A DNA stretch of 64,000 nucleotides from Lytechinus pictus (Eukaryota), in the NCBI RefSeq assembly GCF_037042905.1, contig NC_087252.1, positions 13,580,001 through 13,644,000 of the forward strand, in the 5' to 3' direction. The first letter of the stretch is position 1, and each line of letters starts with the position of its first letter. The position numbers and the translations under genes were made by a program. The notes beneath the pieces are model-generated. The model was not told the origin of the DNA. It ran no database searches and worked only from the letters and a program-made list of their open reading frames with translations. Positions 1 through 12,900 of this stretch are shown here, piece after piece.

Positions 1-2196
1 TGGCTTGTCTTTTAATTACCTTTTTAAAGAATGCATTTTAAATGACTTCATTTCAAAAAGATGGACTGAAGTAATGGATAAATATCCGATTTGCCTGACA
101 CACCCACTAAGTTAATGCAGGCAATTTTTTTCAATTGTGCTCATGTCTTAATACACCCGATCGAGTACAAATATCTCCATTACATTTTTACAAAGCGCAC
201 TTTAAAAGTGTACCATTAAAGAATGTGCCAAAGGACATGCATGGTTTTGTAGACTCCCATTCATTAGTGATAATTACAGCCATGATGGCGAACAAGGAAT
301 GTAAATGCCATTGTGAGTCAATGCTCTATACATCAATTTCATGATTTTTTTTCTAACTATGAATACATAAGATAATGCATATGTCAGTTTAGCAATCGTT
401 CATGGGGTGATCGTAAAACACTAAGTGGAAAAAAAAAACTAAATAAATCTGGCTCTACCCCCCCCCTCTGCCTTTCTCGTCTTTTTACATACACGTCTTG
501 ATATTGGCAAAAGCGGAACATGGGGCACAATAATAAGGTATCGTGACTTTCTTGACAATTATGTAAACAGAATATTCAGTACCGCAGTATGAGATTTATC
601 AATGTAATCGTTCAAAATGTTCCACATAAAATGTGGTCTGTTTTAAAACGCCTCTCCTCGTACTTTTTTTTTCTTCAGGCAAAGTAATGAATAAATACAA
701 ACTTCTAGTGTCACGATATTCAATTCAAGCACCTTTCAGTTCCGCATATACACCAAACTCAGAGGTATACAATGAACATTTATGTCCAGTATTGTCAACT
801 TATATATTCTCAGAAAATAATAACAGGCATTAGGCCCAAAATCGACCTGAATATGCAAATTATAATATTTGATCTCCTTTCTCTCCACCATCCTTACCCC
901 CTCTCGTGCATTATAGTGCAAATTATATTTCCTTCAGACTATTTGTTTTCCTTTTTAAATTGTTATTAAAATGATCATGAGTTGCGACTTCAGAGATATT
1001 TAGTACCAAATCAGTATACCAATAATCGTTTAATATATTATGTGGATTTTTTTTTTTTAGATAGCTTCTGTCGCACAATAAAGTCTTCTTTAAAAAAAAA
1101 AAAAAAAAAAAAAACAAGGCGAAATTCTGATTAGGCGCTAACTTCCAATTTGAAGTTATTTCATAACTGTGATGTTATTATGCACCTCTCAAATTTGCAT
1201 TTACTGTCCAAACAGCGTTATAAATAAATATTACTGCATTCTGGTCACATTCAATTTTATATATATAAATGTATACCATGTAGTCACCTTTCTACAGAGA
1301 GAGAGAACACAATAATAATAACAACTAAATGACATGAAGTGATATAAACTACCGCTAAGAACATTATAAATATGCATTACCTCTTCATGTAAAATGATGG
1401 AAGAGCATATTGCGTTTAGAATATCATCCACTGAATTGATTGAAGGTTTGACAATCGAAAGAAAAGACAGGGGGAGGACTTTAACCTTACCAATGAGGTA
1501 TCAATATTCATGTCATGCAGTTAATGATAGTAAATTATTAAATTTTAATAAGACACAAAAAGTCAAACAAAATGGTCACTGTCTTTTTTTTCATCCCCCT
1601 CTGTCTTTCCCTCTCTTGAATAAAATAATTTAAAACATTATTACTAGATTTAATAGCCATAAAATAAATTCACACGCTGTTCTACATTCTATCTGTGGCT
1701 AGAATTTAATCTTGTAATAAATGCAGTTTCAACATGATCTACTTTTTTATGATGATAGTTTCGAAAGTAGAATGTGATCATAAAATGCTGTCATTATATA
1801 AGCACTTATCAGTCAAGTTATCAATGAACATTTTTCATCATCTCCGAAGAAAACATCATTTCAATTCAATCCTCTAGTACCTGTATATTGTTTCCAGTCT
1901 ATTCCATCTGTATCAAATCATAATTGTCGTCTCAAAACTCAGCAGATGTTCACAATTTCATATACAGCATGTATGTTTATCATTTCTCTTGTTTCCTTTC
2001 CTTTATGTCAACTTTATTTTCTTCGTCTTCCTGTTTCCATGTTCTTGATAAGCTGTCTTGATTTATATAGCATGTTCACAGAATTTCAGAAACATTCGCT
2101 ACTTAAATTAATGAAAGTAATATATGATTCTTACCAATTTCCATGCTTTTTTATGATGATAGTTAATGATGGGTAATTGTAGTCTCGCATCTCTGC

Positions 2197-3096
2197 TTAT
2201 TCTCCCCCTACTGCACCTTTCAACTCTCCTTCCAAGTCTGCACCTTTCTTCTGGGTCCCTTCTGTCACTTCCATGGCACCTCCTCGATCTGAAGCTCTAC
2301 GAGGTAATCTGTCGCGTCTTTCGGCCTTTTCCAAGAATTTCCTCTGGTCCTCTCTGCTGATGTATTTCCCCTCAATGTACAGTTTCCAAGGCTCCGTTCT
2401 CGAAAAGAAGGCAAGCCGTCCCTTATTTCTCGTTGCCCTCAAGGCTGGCATTTGCAATCGTCGTTCATCTCTCACTCTTTTCGGCAAATCGTCCGCGATA
2501 TAAAAAGAGCTCCCCTTCAACTTTTTAGCATTGCCAATAACCAACATTTTGTCACTGTAGCGAAGGTACCTCGCTTTGATAGGGCGTGGTCGCGATGCCG
2601 CAGCGACTCTATGTACACGTTGGTGTTCAATATTTTCCACTTGCTCATCTGTTAGCCCCAAGTTAACTTTGTAGAATTCTCTCACGATATTTTTTGTAGC
2701 TTCCTTCTCCGATTTCTCAGGGATTCCCATAATCACGACATTTTCACGGCAAATATAAGCGGCGAGTCTGTCAATTTCTTTTCCTCTTTCCAGCTGTTCT
2801 TCTTTCATTTCGTTTTCCAGACGCGGAATCTCCTTCTTTAAATGCTCTGTTTGATGATTTTGAAATTTAAGCGCTTCAGAAAACTCCTTCAAACGCTTGT
2901 CAAAGCTTTCAACATGCTGGGATAGATGAGTTTCCAGCTTAGTAAAACGTTCATTTATTTTTCCCATATGGGAGTCTAATATCTTCTCAATCGAAGGAAG
3001 TAATTGCGGGCTTTCTGGCGTGCTGTAGATGGGGCTTGTTGGCGTAAGCGGTCGACGCCGCTTTGACCCGGCGTTTCCAGAGGTAGCCTTGCTCAT
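2197..3096 (-). CDS. L1/Tx1-type non-LTR retrotransposon ORF1 protein (coiled coil + RRM + CTD), 299 aa, intact
   Basis: Basic N-terminus and heptad-rich coiled coil, then RENVVIMGIPE...HRV...RPRPIKARY...KMLVIGNAKKLKGSSFYIADDLP...ERR...KLYIEG, which is the L1 ORF1-type RRM/CTD pattern. Confidence 0.85.
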   Translation of the reverse strand: MSKATSGNAGSKRRRPLTPTSPIYSTPESPQLLPSIEKILDSHMGKINERFTKLETHLSQHVESFDKRLKEFSEALKFQNHQTEHLKKEIPRLENEMKEEQLERGKEIDRLAAYICRENVVIMGIPEKSEKEATKNIVREFYKVNLGLTDEQVENIEHQRVHRVAAASRPRPIKARYLRYSDKMLVIGNAKKLKGSSFYIADDLPKRVRDERRLQMPALRATRNKGRLAFFSRTEPWKLYIEGKYISREDQRKFLEKAERRDRLPRRASDRGGAMEVTEGTQKKGADLEGELKGAVGGE

Positions 3097-3203
3097 TTTA
3101 CTCGATATAGCACCAGCTCAAAGTTGCGTATAAAATGAATAGCGAAGGGGAGGAGCGGCTCAAACACGTCCTTACTCTACTCAGTCATGTCGTATCACCC
3201 CCC
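2197..3203 (-). mobile_element. 5' part of an L1-like retroelement (short 5' UTR + ORF1), antisense within the intron preceding a death-domain exon; 3' extent undetermined
   Basis: ORF1 is preceded by a ~105-bp GC-richer leader (gggggtgatacgacatgactgagtagagtaaggacgtgtttgagccgctcc). No ORF2 is recognisable in 1-2196. Confidence 0.65.
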
Positions 3204-3378
3204 ATATGTGATGGCACTAGCCGATAGCGGTAATATTGCACAAATAGACGTTTGCCTATATAAGAAATTAATGAGATATTCAACTTACATTCAATCAATA
3301 TCTTAATGGCATTTGAATCCATCACCGTCTTCATTAAATGTCATCAACTCTAATTCTTGTGCATTTTCATTAAAACAG

Positions 3379-3680
3379 ACATGGAGATTGGCCAACAACC
3401 GCTTTTGACGGACATCAAACTGGATGAGATAGGAGAGGCTATTGGAGACAACCAGAATCTGGTGACGTTAGGACTACAACTTGATTTCAAGGAACCCAAG
3501 GTACACATGTTTCTGGCTACGAACCATGCTGATGGCCAGGTCACAGCCAAAGGCACCAAGAACATGCTGTATGCCTGGCGGAACAAAACCCCTAGAGCGG
3601 ACCAGGTCTGGAAGCTCCGCAAAGCCTTGAGTGATGCGGGGTTGGTGCTCATTGCTGAAGAGCACCTTCAAGATTGTTGA
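3379..3680 (+). CDS. Terminal coding exon of a DEATH-domain-containing protein (upstream exons not resolved)
   Basis: Acceptor ttttcattaaaacag| (phase 1). Peptide LLTDIKLDEIGEAIG...LVTLGLQLDF...KNMLYAWRNKT...LRKALSDAGLVLIAEEHL* fits the six-helix death-fold pattern (LGxxLxF, MLxxWR, LxxALxxxG). AATAAA at ~3786 and ~3989. Confidence 0.8.
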
Positions 3681-5238
3681 ACATGTTAAAGCATCAATCC
3701 GCATAAAATGATAACGACGTCTTTAGGGCAGAAGAGACAAAGAACACACAGGTTGCTTACAGTTGCTCATGAACCTTTTTCTTAAAATAAACTCCATGAA
3801 TTATTTGTGAAATTCTTGTTAATTTATAATGTTTATCGTACTGACTTGTTATAGTTTTGCTGTATTGCTTGATTTGTACTATGTTGTCAATTGAATCAAT
3901 GGAATAAGACTAATCCGATTAAACCAAGCCTTGTGGATATCCAGTTGCGATAACACTTTAAGTTTTCATAATGTTGTAATACCTTCCAAATAAAAACAAC
4001 TTCTTCTGTGTATGCCCTCCTGTGCAAAATAATAAAATCACAATCTCTAAAACAAACTGTAATCGAAAAATTGATTAAAACGCTGAATAACTGCTATTTG
4101 TACAAAATGAAGGTCAGCACTGACTTTAGTTACTCTCCCCAAATCTCTTATGCACTCACATTAAATGATAAATTAATTTAACCAATCAAATATAAGGATA
4201 ATGGTATGGTCTTCAACATAAACTAACCCAATTAAAAAAGAAGGACATAAAAGGATAATCATGAAGTGGAACTGAATATTCATGAAAACTAAACGATGAG
4301 GCAATAAAGGATGAAAAGGGGTGGAAAATTAGGGAAGCAAGACTGAGGGAAAATGAATGGGAGAGTAAAATGCAATAAACCTGGTAAAGTGATGTTGCTT
4401 GGTCAGGAGAACAGTGTATGGCGATTGAGGAGATGGGATAAAGGATGAGAATACGACAAAGTATGTTGATTTTGAAGATGGAATGAAGAATGATCCCATG
4501 ACTTAGGATGTAAATTGTAGCAAAAAAAATCAATGTAAATAATAATGTATGGAAATCAAAAGGAAAATGCAACTATTGAAATAAATACACCAATCTGACT
4601 GTTACATTGTTTTCAAACTATGTCATATTTTATACATATCGAATAGTAAAGAGATTAATGATGACCGCTTGCAGAGCTCTTGTATCAGTCATGTTCGGGC
4701 GCTCACGACCATGACGACGCGGCCGCTCTCAAAATGCAAGTCGAATCACAATGGAGAGGTGAAAATGCTTTTTCCGAAAGTTGGTGGACCGGGATATCAG
4801 CGTTTTCTCAGTCAGGACTCTGGACAACGACATATTACCATTTGTTCGTCCGGTCCAAATCTTCAGATGATCTGCCGTCCCGGTCAACCGTCAGCTCTCC
4901 ATTTTGATTTGACTTGCATTTTTAAAGGAATGGGTGCGTTATAGATTGCGAATACTCTCTAATAATACCCAGGTAATTGCCAAGATGCAAGTCTGTCACC
5001 AAATAAACAAGCACTGCATGAGTTCAGTCATATATCGATTTCCCATTCAGGCCTCCGTCTTTGCTGGGAGTGTCCGTCGTTAACAATGCTTTGGCAAAGG
5101 ACGCCCATGCTGCAACCGGATTCGAATCCCGTACCTTGTTTGGAGAAATATCCGATGATCCATAACACCTCTACCACGTCTACACTTTGGTAGATGAAGA
5201 CATTTGAGCCCTTTGGTGTGGTAGAAAATGCAGAGCTG

Positions 5239-5393
5239 GGGCCCGTTGCATAAAACTTTTTACCTGAGAAAACTCAGGTTGTTTTTACCGGAGTTTTTGC
5301 CCTGTGTTAAAGTCAACGGCAGAAATAAGACTAACCTTAGTTTTCAGATTTTACCAGAGGTTTTTCAGGTAAAAAGTTTTATGCAACAGGCCC
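5239..5393. mobile_element. PIF/Harbinger-like palindromic MITE
   Basis: TIRs gggcccgttgcataaaactttt / aaaagttttatgcaacaggccc, flanked by a CTG 3-bp TSD. Confidence 0.75.
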
Positions 5394-6399
5394 CTGATGT
5401 GTCCTCTCGTTGAAAAGGGGTTAAAGATGACCTGCTACCCCATTCGTGTCAAACATCTTAAGAAATGCACCATAATTGGCGTGATGAAGAACAGTGCTTC
5501 TTTAACTCTTTATGGTATTAGACATATAAATATCAGTCACTGTAGATGGTGCGAAAAGTGGAAATCCATAAAAAGAGTGCCTTCAGTGGCGTGAACAGGG
5601 AACTCCCTAATTTGAAACTGAATAATATTCTTAATATATGGTATCTTTATTTGTGATTTTCTTGCGTAACGGTTTGATATCAAGAACTCAGTTCCATGAA
5701 CAGTGGAATTGAATGATTCGTTGACTACTAAAGTTTTTTCATTTAAAACCTACGACACAACCCAAAAGATGCTCCTTAAAACACCTACCAGTCATGATAA
5801 TTTATAGATGATGTTTCTAATCAGCACATTTTCAATTCAATTCAATTCAATTCAATGTTTTATTCAATTCCAATAAAAATCAATACAGAGTATAGAATAC
5901 AGTAATAACAAACACAATGTACATAATAAGGCAAGAAAATGTAAGGTACATGTAAAACAAGTATTAAACAGATACAAATTACAGTAAAAGATACAATATT
6001 GGAATTGGGTGGTAATAAAAACCTATCAATGTTAGATTTCATCTTTAACATGTTTAAAGGGGAATCTAACAATGTTCAGAAAAAATTGTATGAGAGATCA
6101 GACAAATTTCATTTTAGCAATTATATGTTTTCGAATATACGGAGAGGTACTGGGCTATTTGAAAGTATGTGGGGTGCGGATGTGTATGCGGGGGTGTGTG
6201 AGTGTGTGTACATGTAAGGGGGGTCCAAGTAGCCTTATTCTATAATTCTGGCTCCCATATTACTATATAATCAAGGTCTCAGGCCTTAGACTTTGTACAG
6301 CATGTTCAGTGGAAATATTTGCATAGACAACTCGAGTTACATTTTAATAGGTCATTCGTCTTCATGGTATATGATGTTGAAGTTAAAACTTAATTGCAA

Positions 6400-7450
6400 T
6401 TTATTGCAACTTTATTGCAATTTTATTGATGTACAAAACAAAAATATAATACATTTGGCAAAAGGGGACCATAAAATAGCAATAGCTGCTAATCAGGTGT
6501 GGCACCCAGTACATGATACAGTATAACTCTTCAAAATAAATGGATACATTCTAGCATGACTGTATTATTTAAGGACTACATTCATATATTGACAACTATT
6601 TCCATGAGAGTAAAATTGAGCAAAAAAGATTATGATAAAAAAAGTGTATTTAGATATTTACATGCTTATATATATACTATTCACACATTTGAGTAATATT
6701 GATCTGTTGATTAATCTCTTGCACGATTTTCTAATTCAGTGATTTTTTAAATGAAATACTGATTGAAATACTTATACATTTTACGTTTTCTGGTAATGCA
6801 TTCCACATTACAGATCCACAAAATGCAATAAGACCTTTCTCTTTTTATGTATGCACTCTCGGAAATACTAGACTGTTATTTTCCTTCTGTCTTGTTCCAT
6901 ATGCATGGGTGATGTACTGCAGATAATCGGTAAGAGGATATAGGGATGTTTCCCATGAATTGAATTGTATGCAAACATTGTCATCAACAATTTGTGTAAT
7001 TTAAAAATATCTAGATAAGGGTATTAAATCCCTTGAAGAAAGGCCTGGAATGTGTTTTATAATCGTGGACCCCTGTTAAAAAAAACAAAAACAATTTGGC
7101 ATTCCTTTTTTTCAGCGAATTGGCCTAAATAATCAGAAATGACAGTATTATCTGCTCCAATGATGCATTAAACGAGAATATAACCGTAATACTGGATTCC
7201 AGTAATTCACCAAGCCCGGAAAGGGATTAACATGAACTGAGATAATATTAGTTGGCCAATACAAAGGTTAATTTCTCTGTGTTGAATAATGGTGAATAGT
7301 AACAATTGCAAGATATTGAATTTGAATTATCATTTGCCAATATTCACTTGACATTAACATTTCGTTTTGCGATATGAACAATGATAGCATGAAATAAATA
7401 TAACAGTATATCGTATTCATCAGTAATTATTTTTAGTGCATAATACAATA
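6400..7450 (-). mobile_element. Degenerate 3' fragment of a CR1/L2-group LINE reverse transcriptase
   Basis: Disrupted minus-strand reading with remnants of the ADD-T region, the LG-x-LDS region and the G-x-x-WNALP motif, ending in a short ttgcaa-type tail. Confidence 0.5.
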
Positions 7451-7877
7451 TCCATACATTTCCGATTAATTAAAGGGAAAAAGTGTAAAAGTGAAATTTA
7501 ACAAAATGAAAGCATAACATACATGTAATGCAATATGAAACATTTATATTGTTGAATCTTGCACTGCGGTTCGGGTTTCGAATGTCAGAAATGGCGTGTT
7601 TCACTTCAGAAAATTTAATATCAGCCCAAATGAGATGAATGGGTATATGCATACCCTGCAGGATTGTGACCTCAACCACACGGACTTATTATAGAAATAC
7701 ATCCTGACCGGGATTCGGGTATTATCATCAATCCAATTTTGTCAAGTATGACGTGATTTTTTGACCAATTACCCATGTTTTCACAAAGGATTGTGATCTA
7801 TCAATGAGGGTGGAAATGGAATTATAACAAGCGTGTGTGTATGTTTTCCGTTAAGATATATTCAAACCTGTGTCACA

Positions 7878-9306
7878 CCCAGAAGGAAAAACCAGTAAGA
7901 CCAGTAAAGAATTTTACTGGTTTCCAGTAGAATTTTAATGGTTTCCAGTATATTTTTACTGGGCCAGTTGATTTTTAACTGGACCAGTAAAAATCAACTG
8001 GAGACCAGTTCCAACAATTGTATTCCAATTGAAGCAGAGTAGTAATACCAGTTAAATTGTTTTTCATCAAACTGGTGTTACTGGTCCAATAAATGGTTTC
8101 CAGTAGATTTTTACTGGTTTCCAGTAGATGTTTACTGGGCCAGTTGATTTTTAAATGGACCAATAAAAATCGACTGGAGACCAGTTCCAACAATTGTATT
8201 CCAGTTAAAGCAAAGTGCTAATACCAGTTAATTTTTTTTCATCAAACTGGTGTAACTGGTCCAATAAAAATAATGACTTTATTTCAAGTCAAATTCATAT
8301 GACGAATCATGATTATGGAAAATGAATCTTGCAATTCAGAAAAAGTTATTATCGTTATCATTTATCATTATCATCATCATCATTCTTCTTCTTGTTATTA
8401 TTATTATTAATATTGTTTTTTATTATTATTATTATCATCATTAATATGATGATGATGATTATATTATGATCGTTGTTGTTATCATTCTTATTAATGTTAT
8501 CATTATTGTTATTGTATTATTATTATTTTTGTTAATTATTATTATTATTTTAAGCATCATTAGTATTAATTATTAATATTATAATAATTATTTCCTTTAA
8601 TTATCAAGATCAAAGATATATTCCTCTGATATAGTCAACTGGTCAAAAGTAATTCCATTTATTGTTTGAAATTGAATTTCCAACTGGTCAAGACCAGTAA
8701 TTCTGATGATGCTGATCACGTGGTTTACCTCATTTGCATATTTCCTATTTTTAAAGAAAAATCAGGATTTAGAAAAGAATATCATTGCAATGGCAATCAT
8801 TGTTGTAAAAGAAAAATTCTAAATAACTTTTTCACAATGAAAATGTGTAATTTCACATAACACATTTAAAATTACAGCAGAAAGATTAATTTACTAACCA
8901 TCTTTTTTACCACATTTCACTGACCATGGTATATAACAAACTAAATGCATGTATAAAATTGATCCAGTAAGACCAGTTAAAGGACCAGTTTGTTCAGTTG
9001 GAGGACCAATCAGACCAGTAGGAAATACCAGTAACACCAGTATTACCAGCTCGAGTTGGATACCAGTTTGAAGACCCAGTGAAGACCAGTAAACTCCAGA
9101 AACAAGACCAGTATAAAATTCCAGTTACAATGCAAGACCAGTATAAAATACCAGTTACAATTCAAGACCATTTTAATTTTTAACTGGACCAGTACAATTT
9201 AACGGGACTAGTATGACCAGTTAGACCAGTAAACCGATGATCCAGAGTTACCAGTTAAAATTATACTGGTCTAACTGGTCCAGTGGAACTGGTTTTTCCT
9301 TCTGGG
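7878..9306. mobile_element. Non-autonomous EnSpm/CACTA(CMC)-like DNA transposon
   Basis: TIRs cccagaaggaaaaaccagt / actggtttttccttctggg with a 2-bp CA TSD. Dense subterminal (a)ccagt/actgg repeats, an internal ~180-bp duplication and an internal (ATT)n tract. Confidence 0.8.
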
Positions 9307-9955
9307 CAGATACGCCTCATATTTTGGGGATTTCCCTTTTTGTTGATGGTACTACCACCATGTTTACACGAATAAAGTAATGATTTACAAGGTTTAAGAT
9401 TGGGTTATCATATATTATCATGTATTTCGACCCTCTTTATTGCCCACAAGCCACTGCTCGCTTCCAATGAATGGTAAACAATTACAAGAAAATGAAATGA
9501 TAAAACAAACAAACGATATCTTTTAGTGGCAAGATGGGGCTATGTAGTAACTTGGAAAAGGGCGCCTTCCAGGGGGAGGGAGGCATCACTCGACATGATT
9601 TCAGACTCATTCGAGAAGTGACGGGCACAAGATGTTTATCTATGCATTTAAGGATCTGCGATGGGCAGGGTTTTGAATCAATGTGAATCTTCAATGTGAA
9701 TTTTCTGTTTTATTAGGGCAGACCCCTCCCCCACCTCCATGATGCGTACGACCGTGTCATAAAGTCCATGTTCTTAAATAAGTAGAATGAACTTTGATAT
9801 GGATTCTTCGAGCCTGCCAGTAATATAATTAGACACAGTTTCGATACTTCTCGGTTTGGTTTTCTCTGTCACGCACTGATAGGCTTATATCACATTGGAC
9901 CAAAAAGGAATGAGTGGCTGGATAGTTCAGCAGAGAAGGTTGTATTTGTTTTCAG

Positions 9956-12900
9956 GGTTGGTCCTCATCTATATTAACTCCGAAGGCTACCAAGGTAAGC
10001 CTACAGATATATACATACACTTAATTCGCCCTATTACCTATTTATTCATTCGCCCTACAACCAGCCCTTTGGCTGACCCCTGACCCCACCCCTCTCTTTA
10101 TTTCTCTATCTTTCTCTTCCTGATCTCTTTCTTTGTCTCTCCAGTTATTTTCTCTCTTTCCTCATCGTGTCTGGTTGAATTTTTCATTATACATGTACGT
10201 CTTACTGATATATGTTTAGCATAAAAAATTCTACTTCTTTTTGCCCGTTCTTTTTTTTTTAATTGAAGTTTTAATTTTAGCCCTGTCATGGGCTAGTAAT
10301 GCGCAAGAGATTAATAATTTGCAAAAGACTGAGGTGGATTTGCCAATTTGTTGGTGTCATCCATGTGGGACGTGGGTGTGTGTGTGTGTGTATGAGGGGG
10401 GTGGTGTGAAAGAAGTGATTTAATTGTAAAATTGTGCGCGCATGTATAAACGTGAAATAAAGAATGCTTTTGTGTGTATACAGATGTACGTGTTTTACCG
10501 AAATGTCGGTGAATGCGCGTCATAATTATTCAAACCATAAAGCAAGTAAATAGCGTAGGTTTTATTTTGCCGTGATTCGAATGAATACATTTTGATTGAT
10601 ATCTTGCAGTTAAACAGGGGTGACAACAAATTCGGTGGCCAAAACAACAACAACATGAGGTAGGTATGGTAACATTCTGATATCTGGTGCGGGTTAAGAA
10701 TTTGCTTGATAAAGATATCTAAAAGATTCTCTGCTCTCCCTTTCGAAATCCTTGATCTGTCCCGATTGCTGTAGGCTTGTAACATGAAATAATAATTTCG
10801 TAGTGTTGCTATGTGTCATTACCTTATTTTAGCATCCCCTTCGCAGACGCTTTCTGCAACATTCAGAATATATGGAAAATGTCAGTCAAATCACGATAGA
10901 CAGGTTAGAGGTGTCATTGTCGAAAGTTGGTGGACCAGGGCCCCGTCTAACAAAGAGTTGCGATTGATCCGATTAATCACAACTATGGACGGCCAGCAAC
11001 GTCAACATCATGCATGTTTGTTTAAAATATTTTGCACATTTTGCATCATGCACGTTTGTTCAAAATATTTTCAATAATGATGTATATTCATGCATTCAAT
11101 GTTTTCTTGAAAATTCACTGTGGTTCTTTTTGTTTACAAAGGACGTGCGAATTTTCTGTAGAAAATTTTTTTGACACTCATGGATTTCCATAGAGTTACG
11201 ATTGATTGGATCAATCGTAACTCTTGTAAGATGGGGCCTATGACAGCACATCAGCTTAACATAACAAAAGATTGCAAATAAATTTATGTTATTTGTCCTG
11301 CGTCCAGGACGGATAACACTACTGTTTTGATTCACCGATTTTCAACAAAGGCTGCTTGTTATGAAGGGCTTTCACAAAAAAAAATATCTGGGTTATAGAA
11401 AGCGTCCGCAAAGTGATTGCTATAATGCCCTGAGAGTAGATCATATACGAAATCATGCAATCAATATTTCAGATTGTTTTGGGAATGTTTTTGTTTCTTT
11501 GATGTTGTTGTTATCTGATTGATTTGGGTTAATTGAATTAAGGTGCACTAAAATGTGTTATCATATATTTGGTTTATAATTCTCTCTTTCTTGATACCCC
11601 CTCTTTTCTCGCATCTTTTCATCCATTTAAGGGTGGAACATTTTGACAACAATTTATAGAGTCTAAGCTGACTGCTTGAGCAATAAAACTTTTTTTTTCA
11701 ATGATAAAGTTAAAGCGGGTAGTAATATGAAATACTGATAACCAACCAAAAACTTTGAGTACGGGTGAATTAAATATGAAGATGTTGTGTGTCGTATATA
11801 CGGGACTCAAAAATGTCCCGTACGACATGCAACATTTTCACCCCATTCATCAATGGAAAACATATTTTTGTTGGTTATCATATTTTACATGACTGCCCAG
11901 TTAGTCCAGTAGATATGTGAAAAAGATGCTCGAATCTGGCAGAAAGTGTGAAATTTGGCATACTGGCGTATTTTTGGGCGCTGATTTCAAAAATTGCCGG
12001 CCCCAAGCGATTTGACCATCGGATCGGCCGCCATTTTGAAATCCAAGATGGCCGCCATGAAAAATCATTAAATGTCATTTTCTTGAGTTTTTCATGTCAT
12101 GTGACACTGAAATTTGGCATAAAGGGGTATTTTGAGGCACTGATTTCAAATATTGCCGGCCCCCAGCAATTTGACCATTTGGCCGGCGGCAAAATGGCCG
12201 CCATCTTGAAATCCAAGATGGCCGCCATGATATATTATTATAATCATTTTCTCAAGTTTTATATGAACTGCGATCTTGAAATTTGGCATATAGGCCTAAT
12301 TTGGGGTGCTGATTTCAAAAATTGCCGGCCCCAAGCGATTTGACCATCAGGTCGGCCGCCATTTTGAAATCCAAAATGGCCACCATGAAAAATCATTAAA
12401 TGTTATTTTCTTGAGTTTTTCATGTCACTTGACACTGAAATTTGGCATAAAGGGGTATTTTGAGGCACTGATTTCAAATATTGCCGCCCCCCAGCAATTT
12501 GACCATTTGGCCGGCGGCAAAATGGCCGCCATCTTGAAATCCAAGATGGCCGCCATGATATATTATTATAATCATTTTCTCAAGTTTTATATGAACTGCG
12601 GCATTGAAATTTGGCATATGGGCTTAATTTGGGGTGCTGATTTCAAATATTGCTGGCCCCAAGTGATATGACCATCGGGTCGGCCGCCATTTTGAAATCC
12701 AAGATGGCCGCCATGAAAAGTCATTAAATGTCATTTTCTTGGGTTTTACATGATATGTGACTCTGAAATTTGGCATATAGGGGTATTTTGAGGCACTGAT
12801 GTCAAATTTTGCCGGCCCCCAGCAATTTGACCTCCAGGTCAGCAGCAAAACGGCCGCCATCTTAAAATCCAAGATCGCCGCCATGAAAGATAATTTGCTC

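Noticed and set aside
679..764. Candidate upstream exon (KVMNKYKLL...PNSE) for the first death-domain gene
   Set aside because: It has a good acceptor but ends in phase 0, which is incompatible with direct splicing to the phase-1 exon at 3379, and there is no other support.
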